This document shows, one piece after another, positions 1 to 14,107 of a DNA stretch of 56,714 nt (the first letter of the stretch is position 1; each line of letters opens with the position of its first letter). The DNA is taken from positions 1-56,714 of the forward strand of contig ADNK01000126.1 of the NCBI GenBank assembly GCA_000320545.1, given 5' to 3'. Source of the stretch: Bigelowiella natans CCMP2755 (lineage: Eukaryota > Protista > Cercozoa). Below the pieces are notes generated by a model. That model searched no databases. It was not told the origin of the DNA and saw only the letters and a list, made by a program, of their open reading frames with translations. A program made the translations under genes and the position numbers.

Positions 1-4
1 CACA

Positions 5-51
<47 letters not shown>

Positions 52-106
52 AACGACTGATTAAGTAATCTCTTGCTTGCTACCTGTTCTTCTCATGCCA
101 TTTTAG

Positions 107-790
107 ATTAGATGCAATGGAGACGAAAAGTACTTACTGGACTGTGCAGGGAACTTTTTTGAAGGGGTTGCTTCCTTTTTACTTCGCTGACCTTCCAGTT
201 TTTCATGTTTAGTTCTATCCTTTGCCATCTTGTTCTATTGTTATGTGATTGCCAGTTGAATGACGAATGACGGCGATTTACGTGTCTTTTCAGAAAAGAT
301 GCAGCAAGGATAAGTGCGAGGCCATTATTTATGTGCACTGCATAAGCATGTGCAGTGGACAAAATCAAGGAGCAAGCGGCACGATGGTTTTCAATCCTTT
401 GACTGACCGTTGTGAGATATACAACGGCAATACGCCGATACGTCTCGCAGGATCCAGATTCAAGCAGCAAGGCCGAATTGAGTTTCTCGATGCGGGATTT
501 TGGTATTCTGTTAAATTTGAGACTGGCACGTATCATTCGGAATCCGCGATCACTGCAAGTCTCGTTTGTCAGTATCTTGGCTACAGCACAGGAGTCCCTA
601 TTGGGAACACAGGGTGATGATTTACAACAATTATGGGAGAGATAAGGGGGGAGGGTGGGGGGGTATAGGTCCCGCGTCATCATAATTCACTCTTCGGTGC
701 ACTCCCGTCATGGACTTGTCTAGTATCTTTATGTATCTAGTATCTTCTCTGATATTATTGTTTGTGGAATGGATTATGCAAACTAGTTGA

Positions 791-829
<39 letters not shown>

Positions 830-1447
830 CTCTAAGTCATTTTCTAACCCGATAGATTCGACTTTCCGCCTCCAATCAAATACCGTCCCTGTGCACCACA
901 GAGCTCCAACATCACTCGCTGCCTTAGAGCTTATAACCCATTGCTTCCCCATTCATTAGAGGATTCGAACGTTCTGGGAGCTACGTGTCTCAAGGTTTAA
1001 AGAGGCATTTGTTACATTTTCAATGCGCCTATGATGCACGACTGGCATGCTATGGGAGAGAAAGTCTGCAAGTTTGATTGCACCCTCCTCTGCACTCAGA
1101 AGGCAAATAAGCGAAACAGAGGGAGATTAAAAGCTACATCCAAACACATCATAAATCATATTGACAGATGTTCCATGCATTATGCCAGCTGCTGTTGTTC
1201 GCATAGATCTTATGTGTAGTAGTGCCTCACCGTATATGGATTACTTTGATGGTATATCCGTTTTCCCAGAATTGCAGTTTCGCCACACAGTACTTCGATC
1301 TAGCAACAGACGCTTGTAAGAATATAACGGTAAAAGGCTGCCCAGCTGGTCAATACCTCACAAAACCGACTGTCACCGCGGATGGGAGATGCACTGCTTG
1401 TGTCGCGGGAACGTGAGTCTCAGTCTCAACTTAACCTAAGAGCTGTA

Positions 1448-1488
<41 letters not shown>

Positions 1489-1642
1489 CTATTGATATGG
1501 TCGCCATGTTTTCTTATTAACTGATTATTGCTCCGAATGCTCATAAAGATATACGGAAGGGGCACTCCATAATAGCTCACAATGCACAACCTGCTCATGT
1601 CCAGGAACAACATTCATGGTACATTGTAATATACCAACACGC

Positions 1643-1682
<40 letters not shown>

Positions 1683-2037
1683 GTATCTTTTGAAACAAAG
1701 ACTCAGCCCATCCGAATCTAATCATACAAAGTTGTTCTCACTATGTCTTCGTTTTCTCCTTGCTCCCGCCCCCCCCCCCCCCCCATTACCTCCCCATATA
1801 GAAACAACAGTGTGACGGTACAGCAAATAATGGCGTGTGTGGAGCTTGCATTGATGACCCTAATTGTGGGAGAATAGTTCCATATAAAATAGACGGACCG
1901 TATCGGAGTTTAGGGTAGTTATGTCTCCCCCCTCCCACACCCTGAATCTGAAAAACGATGGATTTTATTGATATTGAATGCGGCCATACTTCATGTTTCA
2001 GCCTTCGTGTGTCCATCGATTTACATACACACGCACA

Positions 2038-2075
<38 letters not shown>

Positions 2076-5000
2076 TCTCAGGCAAATATCAACTGTTATA
2101 TTGTCTAAATGTGCCCTTATTGTGTCAAGTTGCCATAATAAAAACATGCATATACAGATTCATCTCCATGTTTATTGGGACGTCTTGGCGAAGCATTTCT
2201 AGACAAGAGTACCCTGGGCAGTATGTATTCGGTGGTCCGCCCGGTTCGCCATCCTCCGCAGAGCGTCATCTCGCACATCTTGTTTGTACAGCATATGGAT
2301 ATAACACAACTTCCTTAAATAAACAAAAATCATCAAATCTAATATCTGCCGTCAAGTGCGACACATCGGTGATGAGCCTAGAGGGATGCAAATCCAGAGG
2401 GTATTTGTTGAATGCTTTTACTTTTTTAGATTTTTCTTCATATCTTTCCTCACATCCTCCTCCTTCTCACATGTAGCAGCGAGTGTTGTTATAAAGCAAC
2501 AACCCGAGAGAACGTATTTCTCTTTTTCAACGCGTAGAGAGTGTTATGAAGCAACAATTCGAGAGAAAATATTTCCCTTTTTCAACGTGTAGAGAGTGTT
2601 ATGAAACAGCTGTAAGACACTCTTATACTTAATCAAATCAAGGGTGGATATTCCTGGGGAATCAGAGGGCCTCTACGCACAATGCATCCGCACTTGTAAT
2701 TTCACAAGTGAGTTCTTCGATCGCGCCATGGATGGCTGTTTGACTCGGCAAGTCCATTCCTGCCCGAGAGGTGCATATTTCGTCAAGGGCACGACACTGC
2801 GGGTTCGTCTCGTTTTAACAATCAAATGTGCCGTTCCTGGAACGCTTCGCAGATCGCACGTAAGATTTCTAAATATGTCTCACCACGGTGTGTGGTCCCT
2901 TGGTCGCCAATATATATATGTAGGATGGGTATTGCAGAGCATGTAGGAGCGGAAGCTACATCGGGGAGGACGGCCACGTGAGAGACACGTGTAGAGTATG
3001 CTCGAAGTGCCCAAACGGTAGTTTTTTCAATATGCGTGCTCCGTGGTTTCCATTGACTGTTTGTATTAATTTCAGCATAATATAATGTTTGTGTAATAGG
3101 GACGGTTCTTGTCAAAGCATGCAATTCAACGCACGACAATGCGGTATTGCGACAAACACGCCATTTTATTAGCGTCTTGCCAACCTTAATAAACATGAAG
3201 ATATTTCTTACACGTACGTTGACACAGATTGCGTTTATAAGTAGCTAAATGAATTTCAATCTCAAATAGGTCTGTCGCACCTGTCTCTCCGTGGCCAGTT
3301 GCGGGCAACCGAATCCGGTTCGAATAGTAAACAGAACCAGCCGTGGATACCCCGAGGTTCCTTGTAAATTATCCGCACTGATGCCTGCGCACACGCGCAC
3401 ATAATGCAGAATTATATAGGCACGCACGCATTGGAATCGAGTCCAGTGGTTTGTAAAACAAAGCAAATTCAACCTTTAGGTCTACTTTAATGGAGGTTGG
3501 AGAGCTGTAGGCTTTCCTTGGCCAGGCATTAGCCAAGCGAAAGTCCAATCTGCAGTGAGGATCTGTAAAGATCTCGGCTACTACGCAGGAGTTTGGTCTT
3601 CTGAAAAGGATGCAATTGGGGCAAAATTTCCATTTGAAACGATAGAGTGTCAAAGTGCAGCGACGAGTTTTCTATCCTGCAATGGTATCTGGGTGGTGCA
3701 CAACAATACAAGGTTTAAGTGGGCCGAAGTTCGCTGCTACCGAGATTGCTCTTTTACCAATGAGATCTATGATAATGTGGTTGATGCTTGCGTCCCAGCC
3801 ACGGGCCTCACTTGCGGTCCAGGTTATTACCTAGTTCCTAAAACCGTCTTTGATCATGGGCAGTGCATCCAATGCAGCAAGGGATTCTTCATGCCAAACC
3901 AGACGCACACTTACACCAGCTGTAATCGGTGCTCTCGGTGCCCCTCAGAGCTCATATTCGGCAGATACTGCAACGCTACACATGACAACAATCACTGCAT
4001 TAGCAAGTCGCCAACAACGTCATCACCAACGACACTGTCTCCATCAACCACCTCACCTTCTACAAGAAGCCCAACGCAGACGCCAACAACATGTGCGCCA
4101 TCATCATGCGCCCCCACCACGACAGCGCCTTCTAGTCTTTCACCAAGTAAATGCGATAATTCCAAATGCAGTTAAAAAGGATCTTCCTCCTTAAGTTTTA
4201 CATGTCTATTTATGATTTGTGTGGAGAATAGATCTAGTTGTAAGATGTATGGCAGGCCCCATTTGTTAAATGGTTTTGTTTTTGGTGTCCTCTCAGCAAC
4301 GATGTCGCCAACATCCGTAGCTCCATCAACGCTGTCTCCAACAACGCTCTCTCCTTGTAAGCGCAATATAAATCCAAATACAGTTAAAAAGGGCCTTCCT
4401 CCTTATGTTTTACATGTCTATTTACGATTTGCGTGGAGAATGGACCTAGTTGTAAGATGTATGGCAGGCCCCATTTGTTTAATGGTCTTGTTTTTGGTGT
4501 CCTCTCAGCAACGATGTCGCCAACATCCGTAGCTCCATCAACGCTGTCTCCAACAACGCTCTCTCCCACCACAGGTATTTCAGTAAGACGTGACAATTAC
4601 TATCACACGTCCCAAATATTAAACATGAATGATGCTTGTTTATTGTCCTGTTTGCGCAGGCTCTCCAACAAGCGTAAGCCCTGCCACTTGCTCTCCTAGT
4701 ACCACTTGTCCCACGCAATCGCCAACCAGCTGCTCGCCTACGACTAGCAATCCAACCATGAAGACTCCGACATTAATTGATATTAGACTCACAGACGAGG
4801 TCCAAAAAGAATAGGAAATTGCGAATAAGTTTCAATCCTATCTCTCCATTTGTTTTCTTAGCAGAATGATGCTGTGTATTCACATTGCACTGTTGCTCAG
4901 GCGGATTCCTCTTTAATGATGATGTTTATAACAGCACACTCTGATAACATGATTCAAACTTCAGGTCACGGCTATTGCCTTGGAATTCCATGAAACGACA

Positions 5001-5287
5001 AACATGCGGATAGCACTACCGCGGAGTCATTCCGCAAATTGTGAGTTGCTATTAGATTCGGCTAGTCTTTCCCTCCTTGGACGGAGCCAACAATGCCACT
5101 GGAAGACGGCCTCTACTTTTCTCGTATATTTTGGAAAGGGGTTTACCTTTAATCTCTTCGATTTGGTAAGACCACCTGATGTTCCATGCATTAACCAGTT
5201 TCTGAAACTCGTTTTGTGATTCCAGCGTAATGTACATGTCATGAGATATTGCCATATTGAACGTGTACGTTTTTGTGAGTACTTTGT

Positions 5288-5327
<40 letters not shown>

Positions 5328-6322
5328 AACATTCGAACCCATGCATCATTCAATGATATCAATACAAACACGCACACATGCTCACAAATACTGTTGAGTA
5401 CAATCCTATCGTAGGAAGAAAACTGAAATTAGTTTCCATTTAGATTGGAATTAAGGATGGGCTTGTAAAGCGCGAGAATGAGGTGATGGATCTTTACTCT
5501 CCAGCGCACTCTCGCCCATTGATGCCTCCACTCAATCCACCTCCTGTTTGGCTGCAAATCGCAGGCCCGCGAGAGGTACTTCTACTTTCAACACACCACA
5601 CTCTGGCCAAACAGGAAGAAGAAAAAAATCACTAATTAATAGGAAGACATCGCACAACATTTAGTATTTCGCGTTGAAATTAGGTCGGTGAGTGCGATGA
5701 AGGTGTTCAGCTTACAGCTTTGGCTACCGGAGCTGTTGGGCGTCCATTTACCTTTGAATGGGAGTTGCAAGCTACGACGCTGTCCTCGAATGCAACAGCT
5801 TCTGGTATGGCTGCTATTGCTGCAGCAAGGCGACGCTTGGCTGCACACACAAATAGCTCGATGTTCCTGCCAACACTTGCGTTGCCTGTCAAGGCAACGT
5901 ATGTTCTCAGAGTCCGGGCGGTAAACTGGCTGGGTACTTTTAGCCAGGTTAAATATACGCTGCGAAAGAGCAGCAAACTGGTGCTAGTTGTTGCATTGCC
6001 GTCGGGGCCATCGCTATTTGCTCGAAGAAGCAAGAATTTGGACATCAGAGTTCAGGCCAGGCCCCCTCAGTGCGATGCCTTAGCGAATAGTGCAAGACAA
6101 TTGACGACAAGGGGCCATTGGACGCTGATAGACTACTCCAGCAATGCGACGGCAAATCCTGTGCAAATTCCTAATCCCTTCACGTTTTACCTCAGTCTCC
6201 CCCCATATACGCTGGAGATGCAGCAATGGTTATAAATTCTGATAGATATGGAAATATTGGCCTTCAAAACATCATGAATCTTACATTCACCTACTTTTGC
6301 TCAATATTTTCTCACCCCCCCC

Positions 6323-6358
<36 letters not shown>

Positions 6359-9070
6359 CCTTCTCTTCCCTCCTCCTCCCAATCGATATAATCATATAGT
6401 ATCTTACAGCAAGATGCAGTAAAGGTGGTATGGGATGTCTCAGGTATGTTTTCCAGTTGTACGCATACACTACCGATGCGTCTGGGCAAGTCGTAGGGAA
6501 TGCGACGGCGACATTTAATGTAACAACAGTCCTGGAACCTGTTGTCGCCAAAATATACGGAGGCGATTTCCGCCGTGTTTCCAAGGACTCAGCCGCAAGA
6601 AATTCGAGTAAGGCCATATTTGATGCATCGCCTTCCTACGACCAAGAAAACACTTCGGCTCCTTTGATTTTCTCGTGGAGTCTGCGACAAGGTGATTCCT
6701 ATCAATGGCAAACAAAGCCTTTTGTTGAGATGAGGAGGTTTTCTTCAAAATATATAAATGATGGATAAAGTGGTGACACGCAAAGTTATCCGATGCATTG
6801 GAAAGTATATTCTATAAGATGAAGGGAATTAATATAAATTGGAACCAATTGCAAACTTAAGTGCACTCCTTCCGCATTTCTTGCATTTCACATTCTAGTT
6901 GACAACGAGTTTTGAGTCGCACTGTTCATTCGTCAGCAGAGACGTTAGGTATTGGCGGTGCGAGTGCTCTGGTACCCATATCCCATATCGCAAGAAATCA
7001 ATCTGTGTTTCAAGTCCCCTTGTCGGCTCTAGTACCTGGCAACGAGTATGTCGCTCGAGTTTTAGTGCGTTCAAAGTCGAGGACAGCGAGCGCTGAGCAA
7101 AGAATCCTAGTGTCAAATGATATCATTCCTGACGTATTTATATCACATTTGTCAACGGAAAGCGCTTCATTCGGACCTCAGGTGGAATTGAAGATTATAT
7201 CGAAAGTCGAGTCGTCTGCAGGTAGAAAGAGCAAAATGATGCGAGCCTCACAATTTGTTTTGGAAAATAGCTGTATGCTAGCAATCCCTATGGATTAAAA
7301 GATATCTGAAAGAATGCAACAGATATCAGAAACAATTTTCATTCAAGTTAGTGAGTAGGTTTAGGAGCACCATTTCCAATTGTCATTGCATTTATCCAAG
7401 TTGTAGTGAATCCTCATAAATGATGATAAAACTAAGTGGTATGCGTGAGTGGAAAGCATGCATCGTGCTTTTTGTTTTAGAACTTTGAACGTGTCAAAAT
7501 CAATATTTGTCTCTTCTTTTTCTCTGACACTTCCATGTTATTATGCGTTGTTAGCTTTCCGTCGCCTACGCTATCAGTGGAGTTGTAAATCGGGCAACCT
7601 CGACGTGGAGGACTCTTCTTTGCTTCTTTCAGATATATCAAACCCTTCTCTCGCACTGAAATCAAACGCCTTACTTCCTGGAACGGCTTATACGTTTGCG
7701 GTTGCTGTGTATGGCGAGAGTGGAGGCTCTAATAGCTTATTTGGCGAAGCTCAGATAAATGTGTTGGTTAGAGCGCCACCTTCTCTCGGCTCCTGTCAAT
7801 CAAAACCAGAGAGCGGTACAGCATTTCATACCTGGTTTCGACTTCAATGCAAGGTATGTGACTTCTCTACTCAGTTGTTACTCTGCCCATGCCGCACCCC
7901 AACTACCATGGATGCTATTATATGAATATCGGCATAATGGAAACACGCTGAGTCCGCTGATGCATCTTGACGTGCTGCAGGATTGGAGTGGTGCTGGGGA
8001 GCCCTTCCGCTATCAGTTCCAAGCTTATTCGCTCGGAACGTTTACTAATCTTTGCGAGTACCAATTTATGAACGAGTATGTCACCCAGCTCCCCGGTAGC
8101 AATGAAAGGGTGCTTCTTAGAGGCGTTGTTGCTGACCAATTCGGAGTCACCGCGTATGGTATTATTTCATTATCACACAAGTAGTAGAAAGATGTATAGG
8201 CTGTCTTGCGACCTCTCATCTTATCTTTTTTCTCTTTGCAGATGATTTCACCACTACGGTTATTCCAGCTCGAAATTTCGACGCAAATGCAAGACTTCAC
8301 AGTCTGGAAGAGCGAAAAAAAGAGGGCGACTTTCAGGTCTATTTGATGAGATCACGATTTTACTGTTGATGCAAATATAAGCATGATTCTCTTATTTCTT
8401 TTACTCAACTCTCTATCGAAGTATCTACTTCTTATGCATGTGTTGCTGCAAATATTCTTCCACGTTTTCTGCTGCTTGTCAAACGTTTTAGACATATGGG
8501 GCGACTTTGGCGTCTATTTGTTCCCAGCTGAACAGTCAATCAGCATCTTCTCCATCCGCGGTCCAAGAAATTCGAGCTTCACTTCTGGAGTCTCTAAACC
8601 GCACAACTTATGCTCTATCCTCTGATTCTTCTTCCTCCCTGTTACGACTTGTGAGCACCTACACAGCACCAGAGGAGCTCTCTTCCACGAGCAAAGAGTG
8701 TATACTGCAGATAAGCAAAGGTCTTCTCGAAGTTGGAAACGACACCGCAATCGGCGAGTACGACCCTGTTACAGAGAAAGCAATGTCAAATTTATTAGCC
8801 GGTGTGAGTAATGTTGTCTCAGCCTCTACACAACCTCAGTATCAGCTTTCTTCAAACAACTCCGACGCTGCAGAGAATGTCATGTTCCTTATAGCTAAAG
8901 GCCTCATTCGTGAATCTATCGCTGGTGAGAAGCAAAAGTCACTTAAAGCTTCAAGTGCTGGTATCGGACTTGAAGTTCTTGGAACTGTGTTTACAGGTAA
9001 TATTTATGTTGTATTTACAAACTCCAAGTTTAGCCGAATTCAGAGGGAGGAAATTAGGAGAATATGTCGT

Positions 9071-9117
<47 letters not shown>

Positions 9118-9118
9118 A

Positions 9119-9150
<32 letters not shown>

Positions 9151-12100
9151 GCAAAAGGATAATATAAAAAATCAACTTTCCAAAGAATAATATAAAAAAT
9201 CAACTTTGCAAAGCTACATATTTGTAAATAGTTCTGCCATTGCACATTTTTGATAATGCCAAATTTTGTTCATTGCAGTCGACAGCGGCGGTACGACTTC
9301 GCTGCGATTGGGGTCGCTCAACTCCAGTGCAACATTTCCTCCCCTGGATGGGTTTCTACCAGCCAACTCGCCAGCATCTATCATCGCTACAATGGTAACG
9401 AATGACACACTGCGGCCGAGGGACCGAGAGCAGAGAGTACAGACACTTCTCCAACAGGATAGAGAAACTTATTCTGAGGACGAAACCAGCCCAGAGGCGG
9501 ACGATATCCATGCACGCTACAAAGCCATGAATTGGGTGATAAACTTCCTTTTGTTGTTGTCTAGTTGTTCTTATTACTGCGGGCTATGAGGATAAAAGTT
9601 CTGAAAACATCCACCATGGTGAGACTCGCTTGAATCACTTCCCCTGATTCGTCTTTTTACCCTTCCCCGTAGGTGTCAGGGGGGCTGGCTGCAGTCCAGA
9701 TTCTGAACTCTAACAAGGAGGAAGTCCGGATTTCTGGGCTGCGCAGAGGAGCTCTCATCAATGTCACGATTCCAGCGGGTGGAAACTCAACTTCTCCACT
9801 CGGGTATCAAAATCCTAGATGTCTATTCTGGGATCCCCAGACTAGCCTGTGGTCTACTCGGGGCCTGCAGAGCGTGCGCGTTGATAGTGAGGGACGCGTA
9901 ACGTGCTCCTCATCGCATCTAACGGCTTTCAGCTCTGAAATGGAGTTTCGATTCGAAATCAACACGATCTCCGCCGACTCCCTGACTCTGGATGCGTTCA
10001 ATCCTGCGAAAAATCCGGTTATGCTTTTGGTTGTTGGAATGGTTTCGATGTTCATCATCTTGTATGCGGTTGCTTTCTACTACGACCGAAAAAGGTATGG
10101 TTCTTTTTTCCCAAAAGGGTTTGTTACAAACTCAGCTCCTCTGCAGAGATAGTTAAACAATTTGTTGGATCGGGTTTGATTATAGGTATTTAGCTTCCTC
10201 CCGCTCGAATCAGCTGGCGGAGTTCTGGAAAATGACGAATTTGATGCGCATTTATCGAAGCCAAGAGCGCACTATGAAACGCTTCGCGGAATCCAGTAAA
10301 TGGGCTTTGCGGAGAAAGCACACATGGTCAGCTGTTTGGACTAAACACCACAATACTATGCTCTATCTACCCCTCTGTTGCGGTGCAGCCGTGTTAGCCA
10401 TCAATACACATTTTTTGATAAGTCAAATATGATAGTCGTCGCTGATACTCTTTTGATAGTGGTGCAATCTCACCATGTGAAAGCAAAATGAAAAGAGTCT
10501 CCTATATTCCTCAGGTTTTCAATAGTCTTTCATCCTCCTGGTGACTTCATGAGCTCGGGGAAGCGATTGATATTGCTGCTGGTGCTGCTATTGAACTCCT
10601 CTGTAGTGTGCGCTTTATTTGTGGGCACTGAGCAGCGAATCCCTTTCTTGAATCCATCTCTTGCTTCATCACTAGTTGGGTTTGTATTCTCATACCCAGT
10701 TCCGTTTGTGATGGGCATGTTATTCTACAACCCGATGCCACCAAGCTTTATTGTTAAAATTGACCGAGGAAGTGGCGATACGTTCATGTCCTACTTGCTG
10801 CTCTGCTTCAGCTTATGCAGCGGAGAAATTGTGGATTTTGACATGGAAATGGAAGAGGGAGAAGATGAAGGCGCGGCTGATGCCGAGGATGTATGCACCT
10901 TCACCTCTTTGCTTCATTCACATATACGACAGTATATACAAACCTCTCTTCTATTCCATGACATTGTTCGCCGTTCGTATAATTTTAGTTTTTGCTTCGC
11001 ACTTGATATATCACATCGACCCATAGCATATGGCACGTTTTTCCCGTTAATTTATGGGAGCTAGTGTTTTGCTTCTTTTCCAGTATGGTTCTTCTATCGT
11101 GTTTGTTGTTCATTACAATTTCGAATCTGGGTCAGGCCGACTATGAAGATGATGGCAATGAAGAGGCGCTAGGTATTGAACAGAAGACGCTGATTTGCAC
11201 GCATTTTACTCCTCGTAAACTCAGATTATATCTTTTTGTTTTTTTGGCCACTCGGTGAGCAAGGATAAATGAGCTTTTGGTGTGCAATTGTTAATATTAG
11301 TGGACGAAAAATCCGAAAATTCCGAAAATTCTGATAGTGATGACAATGTCAACACCGCTCAAAGAAGTGTCAAAGGCCATTTATCCAAAGCAAAACCAAG
11401 CATCTTACCCAGCAATCCCTTTACGGATGAGACTGATGAGATACGGAAACCACTTGCGAATCATGTAGGAGCTTCACATCATAATGTCACATCAGAATAT
11501 GTTGCGACAATTGTTATAAATGGGTTATCCTTACATGTTCGTCTTATTATTGTCCATGTAGATGGCAACAGGCGGGGCGGTAGCGGTTGCTGGGGTTTTG
11601 GGTCAAAAAATGGGAACAGATTTCGCCAGAAGTCGTAACGCCCCTAAGCAACAAAGTGGCCGTGACAACGACAGTAACTCCTGCGCCGCCACAAATAGTA
11701 ATGGAAGTCGCAGTGCCTTATTGGGCGACCGAAAGGCAGCAATATCAACAACGCGGCAGCTATCGGATTCCAAGCACCATTTTGACAATTCTATTTCAAA
11801 GCAAAACTCGTGGGTTGATGCGAAGCTGGATGTGTCCACAAATTTAACGGCAAGCGGCGCTAGAGCAACAGCTTGGAGTGCATGCCATTCCTCGAATGAC
11901 TCTACATCGAATGCACCTTCCAACCTCCTTGATACAATTAAAAGGACCAAGGTAGTAGCTGTAGATGCACAGTAGCTCCTCGAAAACGCCATAACTTCTT
12001 GTAATGATGTTCAGAAGGATAAGCAAAAGTTGACAAAGATGGGAAGTGTGAGAAAGCAAAATACCCGCCGCAAGCTCTCTCGGAGGCTGAGTAGGCGAAT

Positions 12101-14024
12101 GAGTACGCGGTTCCATTTGAACAATTTCCCAAAAGACAGCTTCGATGACTCCCATCACGAATTTGAGCTTCCTCCCTTTTGGTATTCATGTAGCAGTCAC
12201 TGCGTAGTGTGGTAGAAGGAAGCACAAAACACTGACGACGTTGTTGATTTGTGTTGGACCAATGCAACTGCGTGTTCACAACATTTTGATCCATTGGATG
12301 TGAATTTTATTAGGAGTCGAAAAGACTATTTGACCACATTCGTCTTTGTCATATTTACTCTGGGCGCAGTCTTCATGCTGGCTGCTCTGTCTTGGCAATA
12401 CCGGTGATAACAGTTATAATACACTCATGAGATGAAAACTGCATTCGAATCTGAAAACTGCATTCGAATCTGCGTTCCTATTCGCTTCCATAAATAGTTT
12501 GCCGTGAATGTAACAAGCTTTCTTTCTGCACATTATTGTTTGAACAATTCTTCACGTTTTGCTATTACATAGCGACTCAAATGATGCATCGGTTGAGGCT
12601 TCAATGATGGCATTCGTGCAAGACATCTTCTTCAGGGCTCTCATAATTTTAATGGTGGAAGCTGTATTCCTACTTCCCTGTTGTTGCCAGGGTATAAGTG
12701 AAAGGGGACAAGGACGTACGCAACTTACGCCAAGGTTTGCTATAAACTGACTGTATGAGCGCGGCATGGCATTTGATCTTAATTCCAGTCTTCATTTTTT
12801 ATGTGTACATTTTCCTCATTTCATTATTTCCTCTATGTGTATGGGTTCTGAGTATAGAATGGGCTCCGGGATCTTCATTCTGGAGTCGGGAGTCAACTAT
12901 TTTAGCTACAATAAGGCTGCTGTCATATTGACAGTCACGCCACAAGGAGCAGCTATTGGCATTCGACAAGGATGGAAGGTAAAGCACGCGATTTACTGTG
13001 CATCACATTTATAGATGATCAGCATGCAAACATGCGTTACATTTAGGTAAAAAGCGTCAAAGGTGAGCCCGTCTCCGACGGTATAGAATGCTGTTTGGAG
13101 CTGAATAAGGCAGGCAGAATTGCAGGATATTTCGAGATAGGGTTTGAAATGACAAATCATCTAGAAAGCTGGGTGTCTGGGCCCATGCTGCCGGATACGC
13201 ATAGTACACACGATATTAAGAGCAAGAAAAAAGAGATATCTTCGGTTTCTGCCACCAACTCAAGTATTTCGCTAAACTCGATGTTGACGGATCACGACCG
13301 TCGTTTCCTCCTACCGTCTGCACAGGAGGTGTACCACAATGTTCCATGGGTCACGCCTGATAAAAGTATCGAAATCAATTCTGACGGAGACGAAAAGAAC
13401 GGAAACGATTCTGATTCTACCACCTTCTTGGAGGAAGAGAGGAGGGATCTACGAATGCTGCAGAGAGCTGAAAATCAAGATTCTGATGATTCTGAAGGAA
13501 CTACCTTCTCCGAAATGGAGCGAAGGGATATGAGAGAGATTGTAGCAGAAAATGTGGTGAAACCTGATGGAGCATCTATGATTGAAAAGCAATATCAAGG
13601 AGAAAATGTAGATAAAAATGATGGGATAGCTGCATCTGACAAGATTATTCTTAGGGCTGACCTACCCAACAACAGTAAAACTACAGGGAAAAGGACAAAG
13701 AACGACTCACGCCAGAAAAGAACTCAGACAGCATACCACCGTGCACCCACACTATATGGTAAAAAAAAACTACCGTTAAAAAGATCTGGTGCCGCGAGGC
13801 GACCTTCCCAAAAAAAAAGGGAAAGAAATGTAGAGGACGTTGATAAAAAGAAAAAGATGCCATCAGTCTTCCAACGATTGACAAGCGGAGTAAATACCAA
13901 GAGACCTGCAAGGGCAAACAAAGAGATGCCATCGGTGTTTGAAAGATTGACAAGCGGGGTGAAAACTAAGCGGTTCCAAAAGCCGAGAAACATGAGACAA
14001 AAAAGCAGAAGAATGAAAAAATGA
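107..14024 (+). CDS. Polycystin-1/REJ-like multi-pass receptor (5' partial, many exons): SRCR-like and TNFR-like Cys-rich repeats, Ser/Thr/Pro stalk, REJ, GPS, ~5 TM, PDZ-like domain, basic tail
   Basis: Spliced exons give SRCR-like motifs (IRCNGDEKYLLDC; IRLAG..GRIEF..W...ASLVCQYLGY; RICKDLGY..IECQ..FLSC) and TNFR-like motifs (CGPGYY..CIQCSKGFF..SCNRCSRC..YCNATHDNNHC). A TSP-rich stalk lies at 4.0-4.8 kb. REJ-like motifs follow (FDASPSYD..LIFSWS; LLPGTAYTFAV; PPSLGSCQSKPESGTAF..FRLQC), then GPS (CLFWD..WSTRG..CSSSHLTAFS), TM1 (VMLLVVGMVSMFIILYAVAFYY) and a PKD1-like TM2/3 block (HTWFSIVFHPPGDFMSSGKRLILLLVLLL..FSYPVPFVMGMLFY). Stop at 14022-14024. Confidence 0.85.
793..827. repeat. (TA)n microsatellite, representative of many dinucleotide tracts (also ~1449, 1644, 2041, 5293, 9077, 9120, 25156, 28506, 30050, 31625, 52440, 56627)
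   Basis: Direct reading of pure (TA)n, (TG/CA)n and (GA)n runs, mostly within introns. Confidence 0.95.
2481..2606. repeat. ~55-bp imperfect tandem repeat (about 2.3 copies) in an intron
   Basis: aagcaacaa..gagagaa..tattt..tttttcaacg.gtagagagtgttatg recurs at ~2494 and ~2549. Confidence 0.8.
4147..4574 (+). repeat. Tandem duplication of an intron+exon unit (period ~212 bp) in the mucin stalk
   Basis: Introns 4147-4296 and 4357-4508 are near-identical; exons 4297-4356 and 4509-4574 both encode TMSPTSVAPSTLSPTTLSP. Confidence 0.92.
9820..9933 (+). other. GPS autoproteolysis motif (HL/T site intact)
   Basis: CLFWDPQTSLWSTRGLQSVRVDSEGRVTCSSSHLTAFS immediately precedes TM1; H-L-T-A-F at 9916-9930. 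Confidence 0.9.
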
Positions 14025-14107
14025 CTCTTCATTGCTTTGAAATGCTAAACATTAAATGTAGTCACAGCATGAAGTAATTAGTTTTATCAGATCGGTTGAC
14101 ACGTCTA

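Noticed and set aside
755-2202. ORFs containing IYIYIY or THTHTH runs
   Set aside because: Translations of intronic microsatellites.
4147-4508. TA/TG differences between the duplicated introns as evidence of the mutator
   Set aside because: Only two such differences, in opposite copies, one of them in TAG context; too few to be informative.
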